From Neovahlkampfia damariscottae (lineage: Eukaryota), in contig JABLTG010000128.1 in NCBI GenBank assembly GCA_016618085.1, forward strand, positions 1 to 61,363: a stretch of 61,363 bases of DNA. The letters run 5' to 3'. Below are positions 24,913 through 38,186 of this stretch, one piece after another. Position numbers and translations under genes: made by a program. The first letter of the stretch is position 1; every line of letters starts with the position of its first letter. Below the pieces are notes generated by a model. That model was not told where the DNA came from. It worked only from the letters and a program-made list of their open reading frames with translations, and made no database searches.

Positions 24913-26909
24913 TTATTTATTTATTTCCATCAATGGTAGTATTGAAGGTCTTCCATGAGCACATTCAAATGGAAAATTACAAAAAGATAACTCAGAAATA
25001 ATCTGTTGACATTCAAATTTTGACAGAATATCACCAAACATTATTGCACCACGACAAGCTTTTGATTTTAATATTTCATCAATACAATTTGGTATTATTT
25101 GAATTCCTCTTTCTTCCATCTCATACAAACATGATTTGAATTCTTTATCAGTGAGCAAGATGCCTTCAATTTTAGGTGAAGAAATCAAATGAATGATGAC
25201 TGTAGATTTCATTGGTCTTTCTATCATATCTTGATATGTATTATTTTCATAATTAAAATTCCAAGACCATTGTCTCAATTTTAATTCGAATTTCATCAAC
25301 AAGTGAAATTCATGATTGCTTAACATGATTTTTAATGGGGTTTGTAATTTAACTTCTTTTGTTTTCTCCCCTGCTTTGAAGTTTTTAAAGTCTAAATAAT
25401 CTTTTTGAAAAATTTCATATCTGATTCTTTCATGAGCAGCATGTTGATCAATAATGAATCTAATTTTTATATGAGAATTTTGAAAATTACAAGAAATCAT
25501 TATGCATTACAATGATGAATTTTTTATCAATTTGATCAATTACAATCATTTTTTTCAACATTTCCTTGGAGATAGATACTTCTTTTTGTATTTCTTTCTT
25601 TAAAATTCTTTCATTTTTTTGAATTAAATTTCCATAAGTCATTTGACTATTTTCATACTGTTCACCATTTAAATGAAATAAAAAAGTACATTTTGATATA
25701 AAGATAAATTGTCCTTCGATTTCAAATACAATTTTCTTTCTGGATTGATTATTGATTTTTTGATTTCAAATTTTTCTTCTTCATCTATTTTGCATTCTAC
25801 TTGGTTTGGTTTGTTAATTTTTGAAAGAATGGAGAGTTTGTTCTTGTATTGACTTTCGAAAATATTCGTTAAATCGTCTGTTATTCTTTTCAATATTGTT
25901 TCATCAATAAGAATTTCTTTCTTATACAAATCCATTGTTAAATCATACTTATCAGGTTCAATATTTAAGTTGACAATAAAAACAGGAAAATAATCAATTT
26001 TTTGATATATTTTTTCATTCTCTTTTTCATGAAAAGAAAAAAAAAACTTAAAAAAAATTGAATTGAAAGCATCTTGTAATGTATCATTAATGATAAATTT
26101 TTTCTTCAAGAAAATAAATTGATTCTGCTTTGAAAGTTGTAAAGTATTCTTCTCTTCAATTTTTGAAAAAACTCCAGTGATCAATTTGGAATTTAAATTT
26201 ATGATTTGATTTTGTTGCACTCCTAAAAACTCTTCAATTCGATTATTCTTTGTTTGAAATAAAATTTGATGATTTGAATCTTCCAAGATAAAATTGATTT
26301 CATTGTAAAATGGAATTGAAATTCGTTGGAATGAATTTAAAATTTTTTTGATTTCTGAAGATTTTGAATTGAAATTTTTTCTTAAAGGTTGATTTTGAAA
26401 CAAATTTTCAATGATGATTGTTGTTCCTCTGTTTCTTGGTTTTTCTAATTCAACTTTGGACGCTTTTCCAAATTCTATAATTTTTGAAAAAGTTTCGTAA
26501 GAATCTCCAGAGCGACTGATAATTTTGATTTTTGAAAGTTCGCTTATTGAAGCAATGGCTTCTCCTCTATATCCAAAGGTTTCAATTCCACTTTCAAAGT
26601 GAGAAAGAGTCGAAATTTTTGAAGTCGCTTTTTTTTTTTAAAATGACGTTTTTTTTACAAAAACGATTTCCAATAAGATTCATATTGTTTTTCGAAATTC
26701 CTTCTCCGTCGTCTGAAATTATGATGTCAAACTCATTCAAGTTGAAGGAAATTTTGATGTTTTTAGATTTTGCATCAATACCTGATCAATTGGTTTCAAA
26801 TTGAGATGATATTACTATTTAGAGTTAATTCTTCAATAACTTGGCAAATATCAAGGAGGGCATAAGTTGATTGAATGGACGCAATTGTTCCTTCAGTCAA
26901 TCTCTTCAT
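24913..26909 (-). CDS. MLH3: MutL homolog MLH3, multi-exon
   Basis: GHKL motifs (EELTLN/SIDA, DDGEGI, TFGYRGEAIASI), endonuclease DQHAAHERIRYE, and ACRGAIMFGD / FPFECAHGRPS typical of MLH3. Confidence 0.88.
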
Positions 26910-27054
26910 CTTATTATTATTATAAATCGTCCAATAAGATTCTAAAAAACATTCAAAAATAAAACAATCATTTCATGTTTCATTTTTCTATTATTTTCTT
27001 AAAACACATTCGTTTTAAATTTTTTTTGGTAGACCAATCAGACTGTTCATCTTC

Positions 27055-29330
27055 ATGTCCAAGATTCAGTTCACACCTCTTTCAGGTGCTTACAACGAAG
27101 ATCCTTTATGTTATGTATTAGAAATTGATGACTTTTGTATTCTATTAGATTGTGGATGGGATGATAATTTTGATGTTAATTCACCTCACATTAAACAACT
27201 CACAAAATACATTGATAAAATCCAACTTGTTTTGTTGAGTCATTGTGATATCGCTCATTCAGGAGCATTACCATATGCTTATGGTAAATTAGGATTGAAA
27301 GCAGAAATCTTTGCAACTTTACCAGTTCGAAAAAAAAAAAAAATAAAAAAAAAATTAGATCATGAAAGTGAGTCTTTAATTTTGAAAATTAAAAAAAATA
27401 GATGGGTCAAATGCATTTATATGATGCTTATCAAAACCGTTATGAACAAGAAGAATTTGAAGTATTCAATTTAGACGATGTTGATTCTGCCTTTGATGGA
27501 ATTAAACCACTAAAATACTCACAAAAACATGTTGTTGAAGGTATTCAAAAAATAAAGTTAATCTTTTCAGATGAAAATGGTGAAGAAATTATAACTATTG
27601 TTCCGTTTCCAGCAGGTCATTCACTTGGAGGAACAATTTGGAAAATTATCAAAGAAAATGAGGAAATTGTTTATGCTGTAGATTGGAATAATCGTTTAGA
27701 AGGACATTTAAATCCATGTGCTTTAAGTTCAATTGGAAAACCATCAATTTTGATAACAGATTCTTACAACTCACTTTGTAATACAGAATTCAAAGACACC
27801 AAAACAAAATTTATAGATTCAGTTACAAAAACATTAAGAAAAGGTGGTGATATTATTATACCTTCAGATGCAGCTTCAAGAGTTTGAAAAAAAAAATTTT
27901 TAACAAAAAAAAAAAAGGTGTTTGAATTATTACATGTTTTAGAAACATTTTGGAGAGAAAACAAATCATTTCAAATTTATAAAATCTATTTTCTTAGTTC
28001 TATGAGTTTTAGAACAATTGAATTTGCATCACATCAGTTAGAATGGATGTCTGAAAATATAGTGAAATCATTTGATGAAAAAAGAGAAAATCCATTTCAA
28101 TTTAAACATATTCAATTAATTCATCATATAGATGAATTAAAAAAAAATAATCATCCAGTTGTTATCATTTCACCATCTGAAACATTACAATGTGGATTTT
28201 CGAGAGAATTATTCACTAAAAAATGTTCAGATAGAAAGAATTTAATATTATTAACAGAAAAACCAAAAGAAGATACACTTCCTTATAAAATATTAAATCA
28301 AAATAAAATTACAATCAAATTAAAAAAAAGAGTTCCTTTAGAAGGTGAAGAATTAGATGATTTTGAATATAAAAGACGTCTTTTAAAAGAAGCTGAAAAG
28401 AAGAAAAAACGTGATGATGAAGCTAGAAAAAAAGTTATTGAAATTAGAGATGAAGAAGATTCTGATGATGAAGAAACTGAAACACTTAATAATCCACGTT
28501 TATTCTTACCAGAAAATTTAAGATATCATTCTCAATTTTTAATGTTTCCATGTGTTGAAAAATCATATCAATTTGATGAATATGGTCAAATGATTGATGT
28601 CGAAGAATTAGAATCAAGAACATCTCAATTCATTGAAAATGATGAAAAATATCAAGAAGAAGAAGAAGAGATTATTATGGGTCAAGAAATTGAAGAAGAT
28701 TTTATTCCACCTACAAAATGTATTGAAGAAACTCATCATTGTCTTAAAAATTGTGAAGTTAAAGTTATTGAATATGAAGGAAGATCAAATTCACTTTCAA
28801 TTAAAAATATTCTTTCTTCAATTAAACCAAGAAAGTTAATTTTAATTCATGGAAGTAAACCAGCAACTAATGATTTATTAGATTATTGTCAAAAGAAAAA
28901 AGTTTCAGATATTTGTGAAGCACCAAAATTATTAGAAACTGTTGAGTTTATAATGGATACAAATGTTATTAAAGTTAAATTAGTTGAAGATTTATTGAAT
29001 TCTTTGAATTTTGTTAAACATTCAGGTTGTAATATGGCTTATGTTGAAGGTATTTGTAAGGAAGAAAATCAAAAATATTCATTGATTCCTTCAACAAGTA
29101 AACAATCATCTCATCAATCAATTTTGATTGGTGATTTGAAATTGTCAAAATTTAGAGAAATTTTAATTCAAAATTCGTTTAAAACTGAATTTAAATATGG
29201 TTGTTTAATTGTTAATGGAAGTATTCTTGTTAATAAAACTGAAGATGGTCAAATTGATATTAATGGATCTGCTTCGACTGATTATTTCAAAGTTAGACAA
29301 TTATTATATTCACAATTTCAATCAATTTAA
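27055..29330 (+). CDS. CPSF2: Cleavage and polyadenylation specificity factor 100 kDa subunit, multi-exon
   Basis: FTPLSGA, ILLDCGW, LLSHCDIAHSGALPY, PAGHSLGGTIWKI, QLEWMS and YFKVRQLLYSQF. Confidence 0.93.
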
Positions 29331-29359
29331 AATAAACAATATTTTTCTTTCCTTTTTGA

Positions 29360-29654
29360 TAAGACTCTTGGACAATTAGTCACGTTACAAGAATAGAAGT
29401 TATTTTCTAGTTGAACAATGATCTCACTAAAAAATTTCAATCAAATGACTTATTGTTAATGGAAATACTAATTTTATATATCTGAGTTCATTGCACTAAT
29501 GATCATCTTATGGTCCAATGATACTTGTTGTCTATTGATGTGCTTATCATGTCTATTGATTAGTGTTCTATTTGAAAAGCATACTTGTTCGGTTGAAACA
29601 CCATTCTTCAACTTGAAAATAACGTTTATTCTTATAATTGTCCGAAGAGTCTTA
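29360..29654. mobile_element. Non-autonomous DNA transposon (MITE-like), 295 bp, imperfect TIRs of about 50 bp
   Basis: Left end TAAGACTCTTGGACAATTA...AAGAATAGAAGTTATTTTCTAGTTGAA; right end reverse-complemented TAAGACTCTTCGGACAATTATAAGAATAAACGTTATTTTCAAGTTGAA. TA at both outer ends; no ORF. Confidence 0.8.
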
Positions 29655-29757
29655 ATGGTTCAATATTTCTTTTTTTAGAAACAAATCAAATTTTTTTATT
29701 CAAATAAATTTGGAATTTTTTGTTATAAATACATTCATCTGATCTAGATGTAATAGT

Positions 29758-30324
29758 TTAAACCACGTTAGTAAGTTTGTTAATTTTGAATTTTGGAGTT
29801 GTATGTGTTGTTTGAAAATGTTGTAGAGCTATTTGTAATTCTTCATCTGTGAATATTGATATCAAATCATTCTCTTCATCTAAATATGCTAAGCGTGATT
29901 TAAACTTATATTTCTTTTCCAAATCTTTCATTAAATTTTCGAATGTCAAATGGTGAAAATCCATGAAAGAAAGTTTGTAATTTTCATCTTGATATTTTGT
30001 TTTAATTTTAATTTTATCCATTCTTTCTTTCTTGAAATTACTATGATACAGATAATGTTCTGAGAAAAATAGAGTTAAAAAAATTTAGTCTGAACTCTTA
30101 CCAAGTGAGTCTGATATTTGATTTATTTTTTGTTCCAATTGTGATTGTATGTGTAGTGGTTTTTCAACTGGTTTATCATTTGTTTTGTAGAATTGAGTAA
30201 ACAGATCTGTTATCAGTTCAATTGTTTTTGTTGATTTATTTTGTCTGTGGATTGATTTATGATGCAAGGCATTTCTTTTTTTATTCTTGTTGTAGTTTGA
30301 TCCGTGTTGTTCGTTCATATTCAT
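29758..30324 (-). CDS. PB1-domain protein, 2 exons (start uncertain)
   Basis: IKIKTKY and the OPCA-like motif LAYLDEENDLISIFTDEELQIAL. Confidence 0.7.
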
Positions 30325-30524
30325 TAATTCGGAGTACGTTTTTTTCTAAATCATTTCATTGGACATTTGAACCTTCAACTCAACTCGGTAAACAATCAGA
30401 TGACCAATCAAACAGTGACAAATCTCCGTGGATCAATTCTCCGATTCCAAAACTCTTCCAAAAGAATTTTAGAATGAGAAATTTATTGAATACAAAAACA
30501 ATTCTTTTAATCAAAAATTTTATT

Positions 30525-31233
30525 TTACAATGATATATAAACAACGAAAGCACAAAAAAGGAATAAAAATAATAACTGAAGAAACCAACTTGACCATGGC
30601 ATTGAATCTTCAACAATATCCATCACTTCCTCATCTTTCTTTTCTACAATTTTATTTTCCTCCTTTTCTTTCTTTTTCAAAAATTCTTTAATTTCTGGAA
30701 ACAGTTGAGTGAATATTTTATTTTTTGAATTTGTTTCATGAGATTTTTTAGCATAAGCACGTTTTTCATCATCTGAAGTTTCAATTGAACCATAAGTTGA
30801 TTTATCTTCCATCATAAAAGAGTATAAACCTGTTAAAATACTAAAAATCAAAAATTAAAAACAATAACAAAAAAAAAGCCAACCTTGAAATACTCCACAT
30901 TGGATTCCAACTTTCAGGATGAAAATCAGACATGGAAAGACAAAGTCTTGTATTTGTTTGAAATCTTCCGTTTGGAGTAATCATAAAAATACTTGGTGGT
31001 TTAAATGGATAATCTGGTGAAAATACAACTTTTCCATGGTAAATACCACCATAATATGGTGACTTTTCATCTTTGATATCATAAATTACGTAATGCCATT
31101 CCAAAATATTTGAAGTCAAAGGCTTACAAATAATTTCAGGAATAGGATCTTTTTGAATTTTCATATATTCCTTTTGAAGACGTTGCTTGAAATATTAAAA
31201 TTTTTGGTCACTTACAATGCACTGTTTGTTCAT
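30525..31233 (-). CDS. UBE2J2: Tail-anchored ubiquitin-conjugating enzyme (Ubc6/UBE2J2-like)
   Basis: RLQKEY, NILEWHYVI, YPFKPPSIFMITPNGRF, RLCLSMSDFHPESWNP and a C-terminal TM. Confidence 0.93.
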
Positions 31234-31348
31234 CCTGTTTGCTGATTCTATTGGATTATTTTAATGAACCAATGAATTGGTTTATATTTAATTTTTTTTT
31301 ATAAAGATGAATTGTTCAACAAAAAATCAAAATTTCCTGTGGCAATAT

Positions 31349-32371
31349 TTATTCATTAGAAAATAAATGAAAAAGTTGGATTACAGCATCTTTCACTGTA
31401 AAAATGATTCTATAAAGATAAATATGACAAAAAAAACAACTTACGCCGTGCTACAAGAAACTCTAACAGCTCTTGGTGTAATTCCTTTCCACAAACCAAG
31501 TGGTCCATTTTCTTTTACAATTTGTCTCATACAGTCCATCAAAGATTTATATTTGGATGCATCCAAACCTTGCATTTTAGTTTTTGCTGTATCAAATGGT
31601 TGAGTCATATAAGAACTGAAAAATCCAGCAATTCCTCCAGTTACAAAAGTTTCTTTCAAATACAATTTTCTTTTTACTCTTTCCACCCAAAAGTCATTTA
31701 CAACTCCTTGAATGGCAAATCTGGACATTTGATTACCTCCTTGTTTAGCTACGGTAGCTGATACACCTTTGTAAATTCCACGAAATCCTTCTGTTCTGAT
31801 GATAGTAGAAACACCATGAATCATTCCTTTGTTATATTTTGGATTTGGTGAATTCATGTCATGTATAAATTTTGTTTTAATTGTTTCCATCGGGATCACT
31901 GCAACTAATGCTTCAACAACACCTATTCAAAAAATGTTAAAAAATCAAAAACATCATGGAATACCAGCTGCTCCTCCACAAAGCATTTTTTGAAGTAATG
32001 GTGGTAAAAATGTCAAATTACTTTTCATATATTTATTCAACATATCAAAAGTTGTAAATCTTAAACCAGCTAATACCCAAAAGTAAAATTAATTTTTTAA
32101 TTATTTTTTTACTTTTTATGAGAGTTCCAGCAAATAAAGGTTTTAAACCACCTTTATATAATGAGGTCCATCCACTTTCTTTCACTATAACAGAAGCACA
32201 ATGAAAAGGTCCTTTGTACTTTGTTGGAAATAATTGCATTTGAGTTTTGACCAATTCTGTTGGATACATAATTAATAATTCTGTAACACCAGCAGTAGAA
32301 CCAGCAATAAAACTTTCAAATGGTTTTGTTTTCTTTTGCTTCAAAGTTCTGGTGACTAATTTTTGTTCCAT
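31349..32371 (-). CDS. Mitochondrial tricarboxylate/citrate carrier-like (SLC25A1 family), multi-exon
   Basis: [34 protein letters not shown] and [12 protein letters not shown]. Confidence 0.88.
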
Positions 32372-32534
32372 TGGTCGGAATTCTAACGGGAACAAAAACG
32401 GCTTAAAAAAGAAACTTTTTGCGCCAAACTCTAATTTTCTAAATTTGAATATTGAACAATTGTCAACTGAAAAGCAAACCGTTAATCCGCAATCGGAGTT
32501 TTATTGATCAATTCTGAGTGTGAATATTTCACCA

Positions 32535-32966
32535 ATGAGCGAAGGATTGAAAAAAATAACAACAACAGTCCAAAACAAACTGAAAAAATTTGAAACCAAA
32601 GTAAAAGACAAAGCAAAAGAAATCAATGAAACCATTGAAGAATTGAAAGAAGAAGTCAGAGAAGATGCAGAAACCTTAGAACTATTTGATACTTATCGAA
32701 ATGAACTATACTATCTTCCAGTGATTGAAGAACCTCACAATGCATATTGTTTTCTATTGAACGTGTTTATACCTGGTACAGGTTCAATATATGCAGGTTA
32801 TTTATCAAAAAACAAAACAGATAAAAATATAAATGTGTTAATTGGTATTTTTCAATTGTTGACCGCTTTGTATGTTATTGGATGGGTTTTTTCAATCATT
32901 TGGGGTTTTTTTATTTTTAAAAGGGGTTCAGGTATCATGAAATATGTAAAAAAAAAATATAAATAA
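32535..32966 (+). CDS. Stum/SPEC3-like small membrane protein
   Basis: LLNVFIPGTGSI...IGIFQLLTALYVIGWVFSIIWG. Confidence 0.75.
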   Translation: MSEGLKKITTTVQNKLKKFETKVKDKAKEINETIEELKEEVREDAETLELFDTYRNELYYLPVIEEPHNAYCFLLNVFIPGTGSIYAGYLSKNKTDKNINVLIGIFQLLTALYVIGWVFSIIWGFFIFKRGSGIMKYVKKKYK

Positions 32967-32976
32967 AAAAAATTTT

Positions 32977-33417
32977 TTAATGTTTACGTTTTATTGTATC
33001 AATTAAAGGATATGGTTTATAAGGTCCAAATACAGATTCTGCTTCTGATTTTTCACTCATTGGTGTTTTTTCTTCAGTTTTTTTTATCAAAACTAATTTT
33101 GTCACGTTTGTATTTTCTTTGATTTTTATTACATTGTTCAAACTATAATCTGGTTTGAAGTCTTTTGGTTCTTGTATTACAATTGGTTTTAAAAAATTGA
33201 ATTTTCTTCTTTCTTTTAAAGGTGTTGTAGATTTTGTATATCTATTTTCTTTCATGAAACTTGACTCTTCTGACCAAGAACGACTTGTATGAAAATTATT
33301 TGGTGTTGTTGGAGAATTCGTCAAAGATTGAGTGATTCTTTGAAATGAAGAAGATCGTTTTATGTCTACTGCATTTGAATATGTTCGCTCTCTACAGTCT
33401 TCTTCTTCAATAACCAT
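32977..33417 (-). CDS. Hypothetical Ser/Thr/Lys-rich protein
   Basis: 146-aa ORF with an upstream CCAATCA box near 33458. Confidence 0.6.
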   Translation of the reverse strand: MVIEEEDCRERTYSNAVDIKRSSSFQRITQSLTNSPTTPNNFHTSRSWSEESSFMKENRYTKSTTPLKERRKFNFLKPIVIQEPKDFKPDYSLNNVIKIKENTNVTKLVLIKKTEEKTPMSEKSEAESVFGPYKPYPLIDTIKRKH

Positions 33418-33528
33418 CTCTTCTTCGGAGTTGAAAAAAAATTTGAGGAAATTGATTTGATTGGATACTAATATCGCCGAAAATGGATCTTATATGCACC
33501 ATTTTTGAAAACTAGCGGTTGGGACAAT

Positions 33529-35687
33529 TTATTCATTTTTGTGATCATATACCTTTTTTCCATCTGAAAAATCTTGAACAATGTGTTCATTGTCTGAAAT
33601 TAATTTCCATTTTGTCGACAATAGTCCTTCGATACCTACTGGTCCTCTTGCATGGATTCTATTTGTAGAAATACCCACTTCTGCACCTAAACCAAACCTA
33701 AAACCGTCAGCAAATCTTGTTGAACAATTATGGAAAACACAAGCACTATCGATTTCATTTTGAAATATTTTTGAACTGTCTAGATTCTCTGTAACAATAG
33801 CATCTGTGTGGTGACTTCCAAATGTGTTGATATGATCAATTGCTTCGTTGATATCCTTTACAATTTCAATAGTTAATATCATATCTGAGTATTCAACTTT
33901 GAAAGACTGTTGGTATTCCAAATTGAACTCTTTTGAAGCTCTTGTGCCACCATATAATTTAATATTGGATTTCAAAAGTGCATCAATGATTAGTGTTTTC
34001 TCTTTGAAATTTTCATCAATCAATAATGTTTCCATTGCATTACAAGCAGATGGATAATTGATTTTTGAATCTATTGAAATTTTCACTGCTTTTTCAACAT
34101 TCGCATCTTTATCAATAAAAACATGACAAATACCTTCTGAATGACCTAATACAGGAATCTTTGTATTATTTTCAATATAGGAAACCAATTGATTTGAACC
34201 TCTTGGAATAATCAAATCAATGGAATCCTTTAATTCTAATAAATTTGAAATCTCTTCTCTTGTATGAATCAAATTGATCAATTCCTTTTTCACTTTTCCT
34301 TTTGATACTTTTTCAATTGCTTCCGTTATTATTTTATGCAAAATCACATTTGAATGATTTGCTTCTTTTCCACCTTTGAGTAATAATCCATTTCCTGATT
34401 TGATTGAAAGTGCTGAGATTTGTGGGAGACAATCTGGGCGGGATTCAAAAATGATCAATAAAACTCCAATTGGAGTTGATTTTTGTTGTAAATGTAAACC
34501 TTCTGAAACCAAAGTTTTTTTCAAAACTCTTCCTACAGGTTCTTCTAATTCAACAATTTTTTTGATACCAACTGATAGTGTTTTTAGTTTTTCTACGGTC
34601 AATTTCAACCTTGAGATCAATGCAGATGATAAACTCAATGATTCAGCAATTTTTAAATCCTTTTCGTTTTCCAGTAGGATCTCTTTGGATTGGCTTAAAA
34701 GTTGTTTTGATATTTCTAACAAAATTTCATTTTTTTCTTGAGAAGAAAGTTTCAAAAGATTTCTTGATTGTATTCTTGAATTCATTGCCAAAATTGCAGC
34801 ATTTTCAAAATTCTCATCAACAGAATATTTTTTTACAATCAATGTTCCAATCATTTCACCATTAATAATTTTATCAATGGTGTTTTTTTCGTAGCCAGAT
34901 GCAATTACAATTGCTTTAATTCCATTTTGGACACCATTTTTTGCAGATTCAATTTTAACTTTCATTCCTCCCCTTCCCATTCTTGATTTTTCACCAACTG
35001 CAATATGTTCAACATCACCATTTGACAAATCGATTGTATGGATAATCTCCGGTTTAAATCCTTCTTTTGGAGGTTCTTTATACAAACCATGAACATCAGA
35101 CAAAAGTAGTACTAAATCAGCTTTGATGTTAGTCCCGACTAAACATGCTAAAGAATCATTGTCCCAAAAAATAGCATTATTTTCATCTCTAATTGGTGTA
35201 GTTCTCGTTGAAATGGCATCATTTTCATTGATAACAGGTACAACTCCATAACTTAATAAATCTTCAATGGTTGAAGTGAGACTTTCACTTCTGTCTTTCA
35301 TTTTCATATCTTCATCTGTTAACAGTAGTTGAGCACAAGAAATATTGTTATGTTCAAACATGTATTCGTACCTAAAGTGAAAAATTAATCAAATTTTTTT
35401 TTTCACATTTTCATCAATCCACTTTGTCCAATTGCGGCTGAAGATTTGTTAGTTGGATCAAAATCTTTTAACATATGTTTTCCAAACCCTACAGATCCAG
35501 AAGTTACCAAAATTACTTGTTTTTTGTCTTTCATTAATCGAGCAATTTGTTCAACAATGTAAGCAACTCGACCAAGAGCGATCACACCACTGTTATGAGT
35601 TACTACAGAGGTTCCTACTTTGATCAAAATTCTATTATAATTTTTAAAGTCTTTTCTGGAGATTCCTTCAGCTTCAATTGTGGACAT
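33529..35687 (-). CDS. P5CS: Delta-1-pyrroline-5-carboxylate synthase (ProB-ProA fusion), 2 exons
   Basis: ILIKVGTSVV, PVINENDA, FWDNDSLA, IFESRPD, PSACNAMETLL and RFADGFRFGLGAEVGISTNRIHARGPVG. Confidence 0.96.
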
Positions 35688-35849
35688 GAGGCAAAAAGAA
35701 AATTTGATGATTGGTTGGATCACAAGATTCTTATAGGAATAAATTTTTTTTCTTCAAAATCAAAGGAAAATAACAAAAGATTGTCCATAAAAACCAAAGG
35801 TATCTGATTGGTCCAAACTCAAAGAATTTTTGGCGGAGAAAACAGAACT

Positions 35850-38179
35850 ATGGACGTTGAACTTGCCAACGAGACACAAAGGTTGTTTAAAGATTTTCTA
35901 GAAAAAGATGTAAAAAAAAATAATTTGTTTAAAGTTCAGTTCCAATCTGGAAATTACACAGACAAAATAAAAAAAATGTTGGAAGAATACAAAACAAGAT
36001 TAATTATTGACATCAATGACTTAAGAGAATTTGATCCAAAATTTACCGAAACTTTTCTTTCAACACCTTTTAATTATTTAGCTGGTTTCAACAAAGCCTT
36101 GGATGATGTAGTAGCAGATAAATTTAACCATGAAGATGTAAAAACACAAATTGGATTTATTGGTAATTTTGGTAAATATTTTGTTACTCCAAGACAATTA
36201 TTATCAAATATGATAGGAAGACTTGTTTGTGTTGAAGGAATTATAACTAAAAGCACAATAATTTTGCCTAAGCTCGTGGAATCAGTCCATTATTGTCCAG
36301 AGACAAATAAATTTTTGACAAAGAATTATCGTGATTTGACTTCAATGGATGGCACTCCAACAGGTTATACATTACCAAGGTTTCAAAAAAAACAAAAAAG
36401 TTTAACACACAATTTAGGAATGACAAAGATGGAAATACTTTGGAAACAGAATATGGTTTATCTTCTTATAAAGATACTCAAACTATATTTATTCAAGAGA
36501 TGCCTGAAAGAGCTCCAGCAGGACAATTACCAAGAAGTGTTGAATGTCTACTCGAAGATGAATTAGTTGATTCAGTTAAACCAGGAGATAGAATTCGTAT
36601 CATTGGTGTTTACCGAGCATTAGCTGGTAAAGTTCAAGGATCAAATTCTGGAATTATGAAAACAGTTTTAATTGCAAATAATGTACAAATGGTTGGTCAT
36701 CAAATTCAAAGTCCTGTTATGTCAGCAGAAGATGTTGTTGAGATTAAAAAGTTGTCAAATGAAAATAATGTTATCGATATCTTGTCAAAATCAATCGCTC
36801 CTTCAATTTATGGACATGAAACAATCAAGAAATCATTGTTATTATTACTATTTGGAGGAATGGAAAAAACAATTTCAAAAACTCATTTACGTGGAGACTT
36901 GAACATTTTATTAGTTGGAGATCCTTCAACAGCTAAATCACAGTTATTAAGATTTATGATGAATATTTCTCCTTTATCAATCAGTACAACTGGGAGAGCT
37001 TCAACAGGTGTCGGTTTAACAGCAGCAGTTGTTCAAGATAAACAAACTGGACAAAGGACACTTCAAGCAGGAGCTATGGTTTTAGCTGATAGAGGTATTG
37101 TTTGTGTTGATGAATTTGATAAAATGAATGATATTGATAGAGTGGCAATGCATGAAGTTATGGAACAACAAACAGTAACTATTGCGAAAGCTGGTGTTCA
37201 AACAACATTAAATGCAAGATGTTCTGTCATAGCTGCTGCCAATCCAATCTTTGGACAATACAATCGTGAAATATCAATTCAAAAAAACATTGGATTGCCT
37301 GATTCATTATTATCACGTTTTGATTTAGTATTTATTGTTTTAGACAAACACGATTCAGTCCTTGATAGAGAAATTGCGGATCATGTGCTAAATATTCACA
37401 GAAGCCAAAGCAAAGATATTCAAGATAATGTTAAAAGTTTAGTATCTCAAGAATTACATGATACAAAAGAGAATGATGAAAAATCAGAAGAAAGATATCA
37501 TATTTTCAAAAATGAAAAGGTTTATTCAACAGAATTTTTGAGAAAATATATATTCTACATGAAATACAGAATTCAACCAGAATTGACAACTGAAGCATCA
37601 AATTTAATTTCAGAAAAATATTGTGATCTTCGTAAGAGCAATACACAAAAAACTTTGCCTGTAACACCAAGAACATTAGAAGCTTTGATTCGTCTTGCAA
37701 CAGCTCATGCGAAATGTAGAATGAGCAATGAAGTTTCTGTGGATGATGTTGAAGCTGTCATCAAAATATTAGAATATGCACTTTATTTTACAGATAATAA
37801 TCAATCTACCACTTCAGAAAAAAAAATTGTAAAAGGATCAACAAAAAAGAGAAAAAGAGATGAAGAAGAGATTATTGAAGATCAAATGGAAGAAGAAACT
37901 ATTTCATTGCAACAAACCATTGATAAAATTATTCCAGAAGAAAAAAAACAAAAATCATCTTCAGATGAATTAAAGGAAAAAACTGAGACCATTCGAAAAC
38001 AATTGATTCAAATGATCAGGGATACAAGAAAAGATGCAATTGAAATTATTGATTTTCATGAATTTTTGAACAATCAACAAGAAATTTCAATGGAAGAATT
38101 GATGAAACATCTTGAAATACTTGCAGATGAAGATAATGCAAAAATTATGGTCGATAGTGAAACTATTTTTGTATTATAA
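35850..38179 (+). CDS. MCM3: DNA replication licensing factor MCM3
   Basis: QEMPERAPAGQLPRS, Walker A GDPSTAKSQLLR, VDEFDKM, LLSRFDL and TPRTLEALIRLATAHAK. Confidence 0.96.
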
Positions 38180-38186
38180 AATATAT

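Noticed and set aside
24913..26909. PMS1/PMS2 assignment for the MutL gene
   Set aside because: DQHAAHER and FECAHGRPS fit MLH3; PMS2 typically has DQHA.DEK and WNCPHGRP.
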